Counted from the first letter of the whole stretch, positions 25,702 through 39,147 are shown. The stretch: DNA of 63,765 nucleotides, filler included, from Pirum gemmata (GCA_002812295.1; 29 parts of 29 records of this genome joined end to end with filler, not necessarily neighbours in it), one strand, 5' to 3'. The notes: generated by a model not told the origin, from the sequence alone. Translations and numbers: made by a program.

Positions 25702-26610
25702 CTTTTGTATGGTGACTTTTTTTCGAATCATGATACTAAGGCTTTTATTTAAATCATAAAGCCATAATTAAAGTCACGTTTTTTTAACCAAAATTCATAA
25801 TTAAATAATTTAAGTCACAGTTTAAGGGCAGGTGTGACCCATGCCTTTTATTATTCCTGAAAATTTCTAATAACGAAAAAAAGAAAAACTCGAAGTTGTC
25901 TTTTGTATGGTGACTTTTTTTCGAATCATGATACTAAGGCTTTTATTTAAATCATAAAGCCATAATTAAAAGTCACGTTTTTTTAATCAAAATTCATAAT
26001 TAAATAATTTAAGTCACAATTTAAGGGCAATTCTCCCATGTTTTTTATTTTTTCCTCATTAAAGTCAGTTTTGTAATCAAAACTCACAATAAATAATATA
26101 AATCACAATTTAAGGGCAGGTGTGACCCATGCCTTTTATTATTCCTAAAAATAATTGAACTCAATGTTTTTTAATTAAAATCGTTTACCATATGCCTAAA
26201 AATGTGATTATAACATAACGGTTTTTTTTCTATAATTAAAACATTAAAGTCACAATTTAGGCAACGATGACTTTTAATATATATTAAAAGTCATATGTAT
26301 GTATGGCCCAAAATGTGACTTTTTTATTTCAGGTATGGTTTATGGAGCAGCTGTAATTTAAGTCATAATTGAAGTCTTTGTTTGTGGAGTGGGGTTGTTG
26401 TTTTTCGATTTTTTTTTTATGATCAAAAAGTTTAAGTCACAATTTAGGCAACCATGACTTTTAGTATATATTAAAAGTCATTTGTATGTATGGCCCAAAA
26501 TGTGACTTTTTTATTTCAGATATGGTTTATGGAGCAGCTGTAATTAAAGTCATAATTAAAGTCTTTGTTTGTGAAGTGGAGTTGTTGTGTTTCGATCTTT
26601 TTTAAAGTTA
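25702..26610. repeat. Nested direct duplications rich in AAGTCA(C/T)/(G/A)TGACTT motifs
   Basis: 25702-25860 recurs from 25900; ~26244-26420 recurs from ~26432. The motif occurs many times in both orientations. Confidence 0.8.
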
Positions 26611-26625
26611 TTTATATCATTTTCA

Positions 26626-27637
26626 TTATACATTAATTATTTCACCATCATTATTATTACTATTATAATCATCAACAACAATATCATCATTATCATCATC
26701 ATTATCATTATCATTATCATTATCATCATTATCACCTATATCATTGTCATTACCATTATCATTATAATCATTATCATTATCATTATCATTATCATAACCT
26801 TCATTATCATTATCATTATCATTGTTAGCATTATCATCATTATAATTATAATTGTCATCATCACTATTACTATTACCACCACCATCATCATCATCATCAT
26901 CATTACCATCAATATTAATATTATCATCATTATCATCATCATCATTATAATTAGTGTCATTATCATTATTAGCATTATCATCATCATCATTATCATCATC
27001 ATTATCATCATCATTATCATTATTATTATTAGCACTACTGTCATCATCATCATCATTATCACTACTATGACCTTCAATACTTTCAACTACAACGTTTTTA
27101 ACATTACCATCATCATAATCATCATCATAATTACCATTACCATTACCAACATTACCATCCTTACCACTACCATCATCATCATCATTACCATTACCATTAT
27201 CAACACTAACACCATTATCACTATCATTATCATCATTATCATCATTATCATCATCACTACCATCATTACCATCATTACCATCATTATCATCATTATCATC
27301 TTTATCATCATTATCATCATTATCATCATTATTATCATTATCATTATTATCATTATTATCATTATTATTATCATTATCATTATTACTCAAATCAGTGTTC
27401 GTATTAATATTCGATTTAACTTTCCCTCCTCCTTCTATTGTTAGGGTTCTCACGTCAACTAACCCCATACGTTTCCGTTCCGAAAGGGCATGTTGATGTC
27501 CGTGAGGGCGTTGGAAGGTGTATAGCTTTTTCAAATATAACCGTTGTTTTTCAGTACATTTTTTTTGCAAAAATCGCTTAAAACTTTTTCTCCACCGGTC
27601 ATATAAAATTCTAAACTTAGTCATTCCATTACCATTC
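26626..27637 (-). CDS. Terminal exon: basic segment plus long Asp/Asn-rich acidic tail
   Basis: Acceptor ttttatag at 27639-27638; NGNGMTKFRILYDRWRKSFKRFLQKKC...FQRPHGH... then D/N-rich sequence to the stop. Confidence 0.65.
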
Positions 27638-28125
27638 CTATAAAATAGAATAACAAGCTCATTTATTTAAGTTTTGATTGTATTGTAATAATAATAATAA
27701 TAATAATNNNNNNNNNNNNNNNNNNNNNNNNNNNNNNNNNNNNNNNNNNNNTTAATTAATTAANNNNNNNNNNNNNNNNNNNNNNNNNNNNNNNNNNNNN
27801 NNNNNNNAACCCCAACCCCAACCCCAACCCCAACCCCAACGTTAACCCCAACCCCAACCTAGCAACACCAACACCAACATCAACCTAGCAATACCAACGT
27901 TAACACCAACATCAATACCAATACCACCACCTCAGAGGTCCTTTTTGGAACCGCAATTTTATTACCTTTTTACTAAAGCCTCAGGAATATTTTAAAATAC
28001 GATAGTCTAGACTATCCTTTTTCGCCAAGAAAAAAAACCAAAGTCTTTGCCTCTATAGTAGCTAGCTAGTTATCATGATAAATTTTTAGTCTATAGACTA
28101 GCTAGACTAGTGACACTAGTCTACT

Positions 28126-28860
28126 GCGTTTCATTTATTTTGTCACTCTGAATATTTATTTGGTTGGTTATAATATTTAAGTTGTCATTTTTAAATGAAT
28201 AAATATAGATAGTATAATATACCAAATTAAATAAAATTGATTTATATGGTATTAATTTGGTACTAAGAGAGTCTCTTGCTTTTATTCTTCTTTTGACGTC
28301 ATAATTTTTCTTTTTTTGTTTTCTTTTTCTTCACTTTAGTTAGACAAACTAGCTAGCTAGCTAGCTAGCTGCTATCGATAATATGTCTAGTAGCTAGCTA
28401 CTAGTAGCTAGCTAGTCTAGTGCTGTAGTCTAGCTAGTAGTATGATACTAGTCTAGTGCTTTTCATTTGTTTTGTTATTATAAAGTATACAATAAATAGT
28501 ACCAAATTAATATAATATAAACTCATTTAGTCTAATTTGGTATATTTTGTTATCTGTGTATTGATTTAAAATTGTCAATTTAAAGATTATAATCATCCAA
28601 ATAAATATTCGATATGTCATATTATGATAATATGATAGCTAGTAGACCTATCATATCATCATAATAATATAGTCTAGTCTATAGTTTTTCGGTTGTTCTG
28701 TCATCATAAAATATACAATAAAAATTACCAAATTAACACAATATAATCACTTCACTTTTAATTTGGTATATTTTATTATCTAATTGTTAATTTAAAAATG
28801 TTAATTTAACGGTTATAAATAACCAAATAAATACTCAGAGTGACAACATAAATGAAAAGC
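28126..28860. mobile_element. Cluster of three MITE family A copies
   Basis: 28126-28264 (+, partial), 28456-28612 (-, partial), 28684-28860 (-, ends TGACAACATAAATGAAAAGC). Confidence 0.8.
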
Positions 28861-29324
28861 AGGATAGTAATGGTATCATAATTATCATAGCTACCCTGTA
28901 TGGTCATAGTAACTCATAGCCTGAGCTATATCATAGCACTACTAACCCTAACCCTAACCCTAACCCTAACCCTAACCCTAACCCTAACCCTAACCCTGTG
29001 ACAGCTACCTAAGAGCTAGCTACAGTAGCTAGTAGCTAGCTATATAATATACTAGCTACAGATACTAGCTATCATAGTAGCTAGCTAGCTAGCTACCTAA
29101 GCTACCTACAGTATCAAGTTTACTATCAACCGATAGTATGATAGCGATAATAATATATTATTATAGACTACTAGCTAGCTAGCTATGATAGTAGCAGGAG
29201 GCCTCAGGTTGATAGGCAGGGTTGATAGGCCCTATCGATAGCTGTAGTCAGCTATCACGATACTAGCTAGCTAGCTGTGGTGCAAAAAATCTAAAACCAC
29301 TTTTTTACCCACCTTTTTTTGTTT

Positions 29325-29410
29325 ATGTTTGAAAATTTCAAATCTATTAAATACCTTTTATATTACTTATGATTGAAAATTGAATAACCTATTGAAACCC
29401 AAAAAGTTAG
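29325..29410 (+). mobile_element. Dispersed repeat family E (~90-bp core)
   Basis: AAATTTCAAATCTATTAAATA...GAAAATT...TGAAACCCAAAAAGTT recurs at ~33240, ~33465, ~41925 (-), ~42425 and ~42875. Confidence 0.65.
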
Positions 29411-29961
29411 CATAATTTACTTGGACTATGATAATATCAAAAAAAAAAAGTTTAGTCTAGCTAGTCTACCTAAAAAAAACAAGGAAAAAACGCAGGAAAA
29501 CGTCTGAGGAAAACACAGGACAAGAATTAAAATAAGTTGTAAGATGACGTCACTATTAATTCGAATTGGAGGGTATTTCGAAAATTGACCAAAATTAGTA
29601 GCTAAAGGTTAGGGTTAGGGTTTAATAGGCTTAATTAAGGCTATCATAAGGTCAGGGCTCTCTAGTAGCTAGCTAGCTAAGAGGGTTAGGGTTAGGAGTC
29701 TTAGGACGAGGGGTAAAATATATATTTTCTTATTTTCAGGCCATGCTCGAAAATTTCCTCTCTTGATTACAGTTTCCTCCCTCCCGGAGGTTTTCAAAAG
29801 CCTGCGCTTCCCTGGAGATGCGGGAAAAACCATCAAATCGAGATAGATTCGAAACTATCGAATTTCTCGATCAAAAAAAAATATAAGTTTTCTTATTTTC
29901 AGGCCATGCTCGAAAATTTCCTCTCTTGATTACAGTTTCCTCCCTCCCGGAGGTTTTCAAN

Positions 29962-30123
29962 CACGTCGAATATTTATTTGGCTGTTTATAATAATTAAAT
30001 GGATACTTTTAAATAAATATATATATAACAAAATATATCAAATTAAATAAAATGGATTTATATTGTATCAATTTGGTACTATTTATTGTATAATTTTATG
30101 ACGACAAAATAACTGAAAAGCAC
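29962..30123 (+). mobile_element. MITE family A copy (left end cut by N)
   Basis: Ends GACAAAATAACTGAAAAGCAC. Confidence 0.8.
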
Positions 30124-30349
30124 GATAGTCTATAGTTTACTAATAATGATAAAAAAATATAAAAATCTGATTAGATTGTTGGAGTTTGTTATAATTTTGT
30201 GGTGTTATTTTTTTTTTATTTATTTATTTATTTATTTATTTTTTTCATTTTCATTTTTCTCTTTCCCTTTTTTCATTTTTTTATATTTATTTATTTATTT
30301 TATTTTTTATCGTTTTGTAGAGGTATAATAGTTGCTAATGTACTGATTA

Positions 30350-30473
30350 TAACAACAACAACAACAACAACAGCAACAACAAAAATAATAGTAAGCAACA
30401 ACAACAACAACAACAACAAAAATAATAGTAAGCAACAACAACAACAACAACAACAACAAAAATAATAGTAAGC

Positions 30474-30508
<35 letters not shown>

Positions 30509-30517
30509 AAATAATAG

Positions 30518-30551
<34 letters not shown>

Positions 30552-30600
30552 AAATAATAGTAAGCAACAACAACAACAACAACAAAAACAAAAATAATAG

Positions 30601-30631
<31 letters not shown>
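30350..30631 (+). repeat. Tandem AAAATAATAGTAA(G)C(AAC)n repeat
   Basis: Fixed anchor alternating with variable AAC tracts, 6 anchors visible before the gap. Confidence 0.9.
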
Positions 30632-30904
30632 NNNNNNNNNNNNNNNNNNNNNNNNNNNNNNNNNNNNNNNNNNNNTTAATTAATTAANNNNNNNNNNNNN
30701 NNNNNNNNNNNNNNNNNNNNNNNNNNNNNNNAAAAAAAAAAAAAAAAAAAAAAAAAAATTTAAAAAAAAACTAAAAAATTCAGACCTTCAGCAAAAAAAT
30801 TCAGGCCTTCAGCAAGGTTTGTTTTGATTTTGTTTTTAAAATTATAAATTTTTTTATTGTTTTTTATAATCAAATAGTTTTTTTGCTATTTATGCTAGAA
30901 AAGG

Positions 30905-30912
30905 TATAAATA
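30905..30912 (+). promoter_or_regulatory. Candidate TATA box (TATAAATA)
   Basis: GGTATAAATAG about 130 nt upstream of the ATG at 31043, followed by an A/C-rich leader. AT-rich background weakens the call. Confidence 0.45.
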
Positions 30913-31042
30913 GAAAAAATTATTTGGTTATAGAAATAAAAATAAAAAACAATAAAAAAATTAAAAAATAATTAAACAAAACAATCAAAACAAACAAACA
31001 AACAAACAAACAAATTTAAAACAAACAAACAAAGAAGTAAAA

Positions 31043-31486
31043 ATGATGTTCACAAAAGCTCTTATTTTAGTATCTGGGGTTACTTATGCCTTTGCTGCTG
31101 GCGTTGCTAGCGGTGTGCAAGATTATACAAATTGCGGCAAAAATTGCGAGAAACAACAAATTGCCTTTTTTAAAGAATGGGAAACAAATGCTTTCACAGA
31201 CGAAAGTAAAGCTTGTACTTTAGCCACCCCTTTCTTAGACTGTTGTAAAAAAGAAAACAAAGATGACGGTATTTTTAGAGAGTTTGTTCTCGCAGAGTAT
31301 ACTGGTAAATGTACACCCACCTCTACCAAGTCTAGACGTGCTACTAGCGAGGAGGCTACTGAAGTTGAAAATGAAGGGCATAAGAAGCCTGGGCTTTTGC
31401 AAAGGGGAATGAATTTTATAAAAAAATTTAAAGCAATCAAAAGTATAGTCACAGGGCAACCAACAAGCCAACAAACAGGCAACTAA
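31043..31486 (+). CDS. Small secreted cysteine-rich protein (147 aa), single exon
   Basis: Signal peptide MMFTKALILVSGVTYAFA, 6 Cys, dibasic RR, acidic spacer, cationic C-terminal segment. A-rich start context; GC higher than the flanks. Confidence 0.85.
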   Translation: MMFTKALILVSGVTYAFAAGVASGVQDYTNCGKNCEKQQIAFFKEWETNAFTDESKACTLATPFLDCCKKENKDDGIFREFVLAEYTGKCTPTSTKSRRATSEEATEVENEGHKKPGLLQRGMNFIKKFKAIKSIVTGQPTSQQTGN

Positions 31487-33684
31487 ACATGATGTTCACA
31501 AAATCTAGTATCGGATTCAGGTTTTACGTACATAGTATGTAATATTATATATAAATGTAATTGTATATATATACATTATGCCAAAATTATTAGTTTTAAT
31601 AAATCGTTATTTCTGATTATTGATATTTTTATAATAATTATTATTATTATACAAGTACATTCGAGTTCTCTTATAAATAAAACAGACTAATTAATTATGT
31701 TTTTTAAATTTTTAAAATCAACTTCATGGCAATTTATACTCTTTTTTAAAACGCTCATATAACATAAAGATGATTATTAAAAGACAAGTATAAGTAGTAT
31801 ATATAATAGTACATGACTTAAAACAACAACAAAACAACCACGAACAATCACGAACTACCACGAACATAGTCTACAGCCCTAATAACTCGGCCCAACCCTT
31901 ACAATAACCCGAGATATAAATAAAATTGATAAAATAAATAAAATTTCCAAATGACGAAACTATTCAACAAAGTACTCTTACTAATCAATAACTATGACTT
32001 CCACTAATGATCAACAACCTATAACGTTAACTAACGAATATAATACTCCATAATATTATGATCTAATAGGGGTGCTAATAAAATAAATTAAAATAAATTA
32101 AAATAAATTTTAAAATAAATTAAAATAAATTAAAATAAATTATTAAAATAAATTAAAATAAATTAAAATAAATTAAAATAAATTAAAATAAATTAAAATA
32201 AATTAAATTAAATTTTGTTGGAACTAATTTACAATACAGACCGAGTCTAAACTATGTAGTCTGTATAGTTGTTTGGGGTGAAGTGTAGTTTGTATATTTT
32301 GAGAGTGTTAACAGAAAAATTTATAATTTTAAAAACAAATCAAAACAAACAAACCAACAAACAAACAAAGAAGTAAAAGCTCCTATTTAGTATCCGGGGA
32401 TACTCTAGTATACTACTGTATACTAGTATGCTATATTATTACATAAAATTTCCTAATTAGAATGTACCAGTTTAAAACAATATGCCTGAAGCTTTAATTA
32501 TTTTAATTATAAACGTTCCAATTATTTTTTTGCGTTTTAAAAACAAGCCATTATCATCCTTAAAAATTAAAAGCTAACAATTATTATTATTTTATTTTTT
32601 TTTATTTTTTTTATTTTTTTTTTTTTTTTTTATTTTTTTTTTTTTTTTTTATTTTTTTTTTTAAAAAAGCGATTTCCAAGACGTGGTGTTCGGATTTTCA
32701 AAAAAATAGTCTATAAAATATATCCGCTGGNNNNNNNNNNNNNNNNNNNNNNNNNNNNNNNNNNNNNNNNNNNNTTAATTAATTAANNNNNNNNNNNNNN
32801 NNNNNNNNNNNNNNNNNNNNNNNNNNNNNNTAGCACCTACCTACCTACCCCTTGACGTGACGTATCATAATATATGATAGCATAAAAAAAATCTAGTGGT
32901 AAAAAAAATTTTTTTTTATCTCATAAAATCCTCATAAAATCTAACAATCTGAAAAAATTATCTATTTGACTTCTATTTGGTACTTATTTGGTGCAAAAAC
33001 TGCAAATAATCTAAAAATCGAACATATAAAACTGACTAGATAGTAAAAAATCGAACATATACAAAATATATGTTTGATATAAATATAAATCAAATATCAA
33101 GCTTTTTTGACCGACAACTTAGCTATACCTAGCTAGAGCAAGCTATCTAGCTAGTAGTAGCTAGCTACGATAAAAAAAATATTATTATTATTATTTATTA
33201 TTATTATTTATTTAGTCTATTACCAACCCCTTTTTTTTATGTTCAAAATTTCAAATCTATTAAATACCTATTTCAGACTGATGTTCGAAAACTGAAAATT
33301 CGAGCTAGTGAGTCTCAAAAAGTCAGACGTTTTTTTTTAAAAATGATTTGCATGTGTCATGTGACATACATACTAGAAAAAAACATTGACGAAATTATGA
33401 TGAAAACGTTCTAAAGACGTCCTAATTTTTTTACTAATTAAAGTTCCACTTTTTTTTTTTATATATATTTCAAAATTTCAAACCTATTAAATAACTATTA
33501 TACTATTTATACTCGAAAACTGAACATTCTGGTAAAACAAAAAAGTTGGTCGTTTAAACCGACTCGTTTCAAATAATATCTGGAAAATGACTAAAATAGT
33601 ACTAAAATAATCTAAAATAGTTCAAAAAATAGCAAAAATGCTAAAAATGGTAATTTCTTTTTTCTTTAGGAGCACTCAAATAGT

Positions 33685-33903
33685 ACGTCAAATACAGCTT
33701 CAAATACCCCCTACCTACCCACCCCTCGACGTTAACTTCCGGTCAAATATCGCCTACCTACCAACCCCTTGACGTGACGTACACCAATTCCCGGTCGAAT
33801 ACAACTTCAAATACCCCTACCTACCTACCCCTCGACGTTAACTTCCGGTCAAATATCGCCTACCTACCTACCCCTTGACGTGATGTATTATTTGAACGCT
33901 CCC
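33685..33903 (-). mobile_element. DNA-transposon end with subterminal tandem repeats (GGG terminus, PIF/Harbinger-like)
   Basis: Reverse complement starts GGGAGCGTTCAAATAATAC, preceded on + by two ~100-bp CCTACCTACCC...GACGT units. Same terminus at 38968. Confidence 0.55.
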
Positions 33904-34079
33904 ATTGGGTCAGGGAACTTTGGGTACTATTTATTAAACCCTAACCCTATCATAACCCTAACCCTAACCCTAACCCTAACCCTAACCCTAACCTTAATTG
34001 GTGAAGCTGGGTGGTATATTTGAATAAGCGAATAATATTAGTTTGTTTGGGTTGAGATATCTGGACATACTCAAAGAGA

Positions 34080-34284
34080 TCTCCCAATTCTGCTCGAGCC
34101 CAGAAGCTCGAATTTCTGCTGACTGAAAAAAAAAGCTGAAATTCAAGGCTCTGTTTGAAAATTATTTTTACTATTTTTTCGGATTTTATAAATAAATAAT
34201 TATACTCGAATACTTTCGCACTTATTTAATTAATGCCTAGGCTCGAAAACTCGATTTTTAAACAAAGCAGAAGGGAGAAGCCTG
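34080..34284 (+). mobile_element. MITE family D copy
   Basis: TCTCCCAATTCTGCTC ... AGCAGAAGGGAGA; inverted homologue of 48829-49026. Confidence 0.75.
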
Positions 34285-34383
34285 AGATTCTTGGGAGGCT
34301 GAGCCTGGGAATAGCTAGCTATTTTAAAAAAAAAGTTGATATTTTTTTAAATTTTAATAAATACATAATAAAACATATCATGC

Positions 34384-34431
<48 letters not shown>

Positions 34432-35303
34432 CATTGTTGTTGTTGTTGTTGTTGTTATTGTTACTATTGTTATTGTTACTGTTATTGTTATTGTTTTTGT
34501 TATTATGATTATTATTATTGTTATTATTGTTATAATTATTATTATTATTATTATTACTAATTTTATTATTGTTTTCAATAAATAAATTTACGTGAATGTG
34601 GCAGACATACCCCTCGAACACACGGTGGTGGTTATGTACCACCTGCTAGAAATCAAGGTTTTATTTTATACTTTCTTTAGGGTTTAGGTTGGGTTAGGGT
34701 TAGGGTTAGGGTTTAGGGTTTAGTGTTTAGGGTTAGGGTTAGGGTTAGAGTTAGAGTAGGGGCTACTATTACTATTACTATTACTATTACTATTANNNNN
34801 NNNNNNNNNNNNNNNNNNNNNNNNNNNNNNNNNNNNNNNTTAATTAATTAANNNNNNNNNNNNNNNNNNNNNNNNNNNNNNNNNNNNNNNNNNNNATATA
34901 ATAATAATAATATATATTATAATAACTACAAGCTAGCTAGGGTTACAATACATCTTCTCAAGGTATTGATGTAAAGGTTGTTTTCGATTTGGATACAACA
35001 TTATAATTATTAATATAATCGAGATTCTTTTGATTCTTTTGATTCTTTTGATTCTTTTGATTCTTTTGATTCTTTTGATTATTTTGATTCTTTTGATTCT
35101 TTTGATTCTTTTTTTGTATTAATATTGGTATGGTTAATTTTGATTATTGCGGTATTGGTATTGTGATATTACATTATTGTGGTGTGGTGGTGGTGTTAGT
35201 GGTATGCATTGGGCTGTTGTAAATTATGTGTATTAATACGTGGCATTGTGATCATGTGACTGTCAGTCTACCTGAGTGTTTATTATTATAATATTATTAT
35301 CGT

Positions 35304-35462
35304 GTGCTTTTCAGTTATTTTGTCGTCATACAATATAAACCCATTTAATTTAATTAAGTATACTTTATTATCGATATCTATTTATTGATTTAAAAATGTT
35401 AAAACTTAAAGATTATAATTCTCCAAATAAATATTCCGAGTGGCAAAATAAATGAAAAGCAC
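35304..35462 (-). mobile_element. MITE family A copy with both TIRs and an internal deletion
   Basis: GTGCTTTTCAGTTATTTTGTC ... GGCAAAATAAATGAAAAGCAC. Confidence 0.85.
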
Positions 35463-36052
35463 TATAATATTATATATATTATTGAAAAGAAAGAAAAAAA
35501 AAAAAGTTTTATTTGGTTTGTTTATTTGGTTTGTTGTTTATTTGGTTTGTTTGTTTGTTTGGTTTGTATCTTTGTTTTTTTTTTTTTTTGTTTGGTTGGT
35601 CGGTTGGTTAATTTGATTGATTGTTCATTTGGTTGGTTGATTGGTTGATTGGTAGGTTGGTTTCAGAATTAGAAAATCAAAACATTGTGTTGTTAGTTTG
35701 GATCAATAATCTCATGCAAGTCATCAATGCAACTCATGGTAGTTCAGTAGTTCGATCTCAACCTTTGAAAAACGAAAAACGAGCATGCATGCATGTAGAG
35801 GACGGTAGCTCTCTACTAGCTAGTAGCTAGCTAGTAGTAGCTATCTTAACTAGCTACTAGCTGGCTAGCTAGTGGTAGTTAACCGCAGCTAGTGCAGCTA
35901 CTAGTAGAAGCTAGTAGACAGTAGCCTAGCTAGTAGAGACTTGCTAGCTAGGTAGCCACTAGTAGCTGTAGCTAGCCTCGTGTAGCTAGCTAGCTATCAT
36001 ACTTGTAGCTAATATCACAGACTAACACTTAGTTAGAACACTTAGCAAGCAA

Positions 36053-36083
<31 letters not shown>

Positions 36084-36273
36084 TAAGGTGCGCGAAAACC
36101 GAAACTATGCGAAATGTTTTTTGTCGCGGAGAATCCCGAAACTATGCGAAAAAAACTTTGTCGCCAAGAATCTTGTAGAATAATTATTATGATCAAATCA
36201 CTATCAAATCTTTATTTTATGATATATTATTTTAGTCTGCCTATGATATATAAATAAATGTGAAAAAAACAGT

Positions 36274-36340
<67 letters not shown>

Positions 36341-36342
36341 CA

Positions 36343-36583
36343 GAAAACGTTGTCATTTCACTGTTCGCTCGCGGTTACAAAAAACATCTGAACAAAATAA
36401 ACCTACCAATTACTTTGATAGCTTTAGAGAATTGCTTTCTAAAGAATTAGAAAACCTAATAACCTACTACATGAGTCGTTAGGTGTTTAACTGGATGTGA
36501 AGAATTAATGAACTCCCTTCCGAATTTATTAGATGCGAGCCTCTGCAAACGTACAAACTGCAACTTCACTAGTCTCCAAGCAA
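36343..36583 (+). CDS. Possible exon(s) of an unidentified gene; strand uncertain
   Basis: Complex, higher-GC island; tag|G CLTGCEELMNSLPNLLDASLCKRTNCNFTSLQA AG|gtaaaa. The minus strand also gives an open stretch. Confidence 0.3.
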
Positions 36584-37931
36584 GGTAAAATTGTGATCCT
36601 CCTATGTTAGCTAGTAATAATAAGAGCAAGGGCTAGGATTAAGGTTAGAGTTAGGACTGGGTTAGAGTTGGGGTTAGAGTTAGGGGTTAGGGTTTAGGGG
36701 TAGGGATTAGGGGTTAGGGGTAGTTAGGGGTTAGGGTTAGGGTTAGGGTTTGAATTAAGTAGGGTTAGGTTAGGGCTAGGATTAGGATTAGGGTTAGGGT
36801 TAGGGTTAGGGTTAGGGTTAGGGTTAGGGTTAGGGTTAGGGTTAGAGTTAGTTAGGGTTAGAGGTTGTGATAGGGTTAGAGTTAGTTAGGGTTAGGGTTA
36901 GGGCTAGTTCGGGTTAGGGTTNNNNNNNNNNNNNNNNNNNNNNNNNNNNNNNNNNNNNNNNNNNNTTAATTAATTAANNNNNNNNNNNNNNNNNNNNNNN
37001 NNNNNNNNNNNNNNNNNNNNNTTGTTTTGTTTTGTTTTGTTTTGTTTTGTTTTGACCCCCTATGATAACTAACTGATATCATAGCTATCATAGCTAGCTA
37101 GACTAATTAGCACTACTAGCTAGCACTAGTTAGACTAGCTAGCTAGAGTAAGCTTTTTCCACAAGTTTCCCTCACTACGAGTGACAAGTTTACAATCTGG
37201 AAAGTATGTATCCGTAGCTAGAGTTATCCCTAGCTAGCAGCAGTTAGCTCTAGCTAGCTTAGGAAAGTATTCTATCTTTCTATCATATTTTTTCTATATA
37301 TAGTCTAGGTTTATCTAAAAATGGTGAATTGCTGAGTCTAAAATTTATCTCTAATTATTTATATTTATATCATAGTACCGGTAATGTATTAGGGTACCGG
37401 TAATGTATATTTTAGTCAGTCTAAAAACGAAAAAAAAAAAAGTAGACAAAAAAAAAGTAATTACGGAACACGGGAACGTTTGCAAGGAATTATTTCTTTG
37501 GATTTTTTCTTTTGTTCTCTTTTCTATGATAATAATTATCATAATAGTATGCATAAAAGTAGATATTGATATTGAAGTACAAATAATGAATAGTGGTGTG
37601 ATGGTACAGAGGAATGGGAAGTGGTTACGCATGGTACCAGTAGTGTACCAGTGTTAGTGTTTTAGTAGCAGAGATGATAGTAGTACTAGTGGTAGTATTG
37701 GCAGTATCGGTATTAGTAATAGAAGTTGCAGTAGTGGTAATTGTGATGATGCTAGTCGTAATAACAATGGTGGTGGCTGTAATAGTGGCAGTGATGATAG
37801 TAATAGTAGTAGTAATAGTAGTAGTATTAATAGTAGTAGTAGTAGTAGTAGTAGCAGCAGTTGTTGTTGTTAGCGTTATTGTTGTTTTTGTTGTTGTAGT
37901 GGTAGTTTTGGTAGTAGTGGTAGTAGTAGTG

Positions 37932-37967
<36 letters not shown>

Positions 37968-38039
37968 CTTGTTGTTGTTGCTGTTTTTGTTGTTGTTGGT
38001 GTTGTGTTAGTAGTAGTAGTAGCAGTAACAGTGGCAGTG

Positions 38040-38148
<109 letters not shown>

Positions 38149-38204
38149 NNNNNNNNNNNNNNNNNNNNNNNNNNNNNNNNNNNNTAGTAGTAGTGGTGGT
38201 GGTG

Positions 38205-38272
<68 letters not shown>

Positions 38273-38967
38273 GGTGGTGGTGGTAGTAGTAGTAATATTA
38301 ATGGCAGTAGTAGTGGTAGTGGTAGCAGTAAAAATAATAATTAAAATATTAATATTTATATTTATAATAAATTGAAATACAGCAAAAAAATATATTCTGT
38401 AATTACGATAACTTTAATTTCATAATAATATATTATTATTAAGTCAGCACTATTGATACATTACTTATAGAACCCCCTGTATATAGTTTTATTACAAGTA
38501 TGATACTGTAATAACACTAGATCATAAAACTACAGTTTTAATATCTAATGAATCATACTAGCTATCGTGCTGTATCCTATTTAATTGTAATAACACTAGA
38601 TCTATAAAACTACTGTTTTAATAACTAATGAATCATACTAGCTATCATACTGTATTCTATTAAATTACAATAACACACAATTTAAAATAGGCAACAATTT
38701 AAAAAATAGGTAACAATTTCCAAAGCTATTTCCAACTAGCTATTTCTAAGTTATGCCCAACATTTCCAACACTTTTCCCTAGCTAGAAGTAGTTATAAGT
38801 TATGGAATATTTATATTTTATAATGATAGACTATCCATAGCTAGCTCCTACTAGCTAGCTAGTAGTAGTACAATGTGTAGAGTACAAACTTTTTTTTTAA
38901 AAAGATTTTTTAAAAAAATATATCGATATATTCATGAGAAATTGAGAGCACTTTCTTTTTTTCCTAA

Positions 38968-39001
38968 GGGAGCGTTCAATAATTACGTAACGCTGGGGGG
39001 T
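38968..39001 (+). mobile_element. Transposon terminus TAA|GGGAGCGTTCAATAATTACGTAACG
   Basis: Matches the end at 33903. TAA flank plus GGG start fits PIF/Harbinger-type elements. Cut by the linker. Confidence 0.5.
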
Positions 39002-39101
39002 NNNNNNNNNNNNNNNNNNNNNNNNNNNNNNNNNNNNNNNNNNNNTTAATTAATTAANNNNNNNNNNNNNNNNNNNNNNNNNNNNNNNNNNNNNNNNNNN
39101 N

Positions 39102-39132
<31 letters not shown>

Positions 39133-39147
39133 CTATTGCATGTATAC

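Noticed and set aside
36560..36605. Minus-strand SQFYLAWRLVKLQ resembling an EH-domain helix
   Set aside because: Too short, and the plus strand offers an equally good exon.
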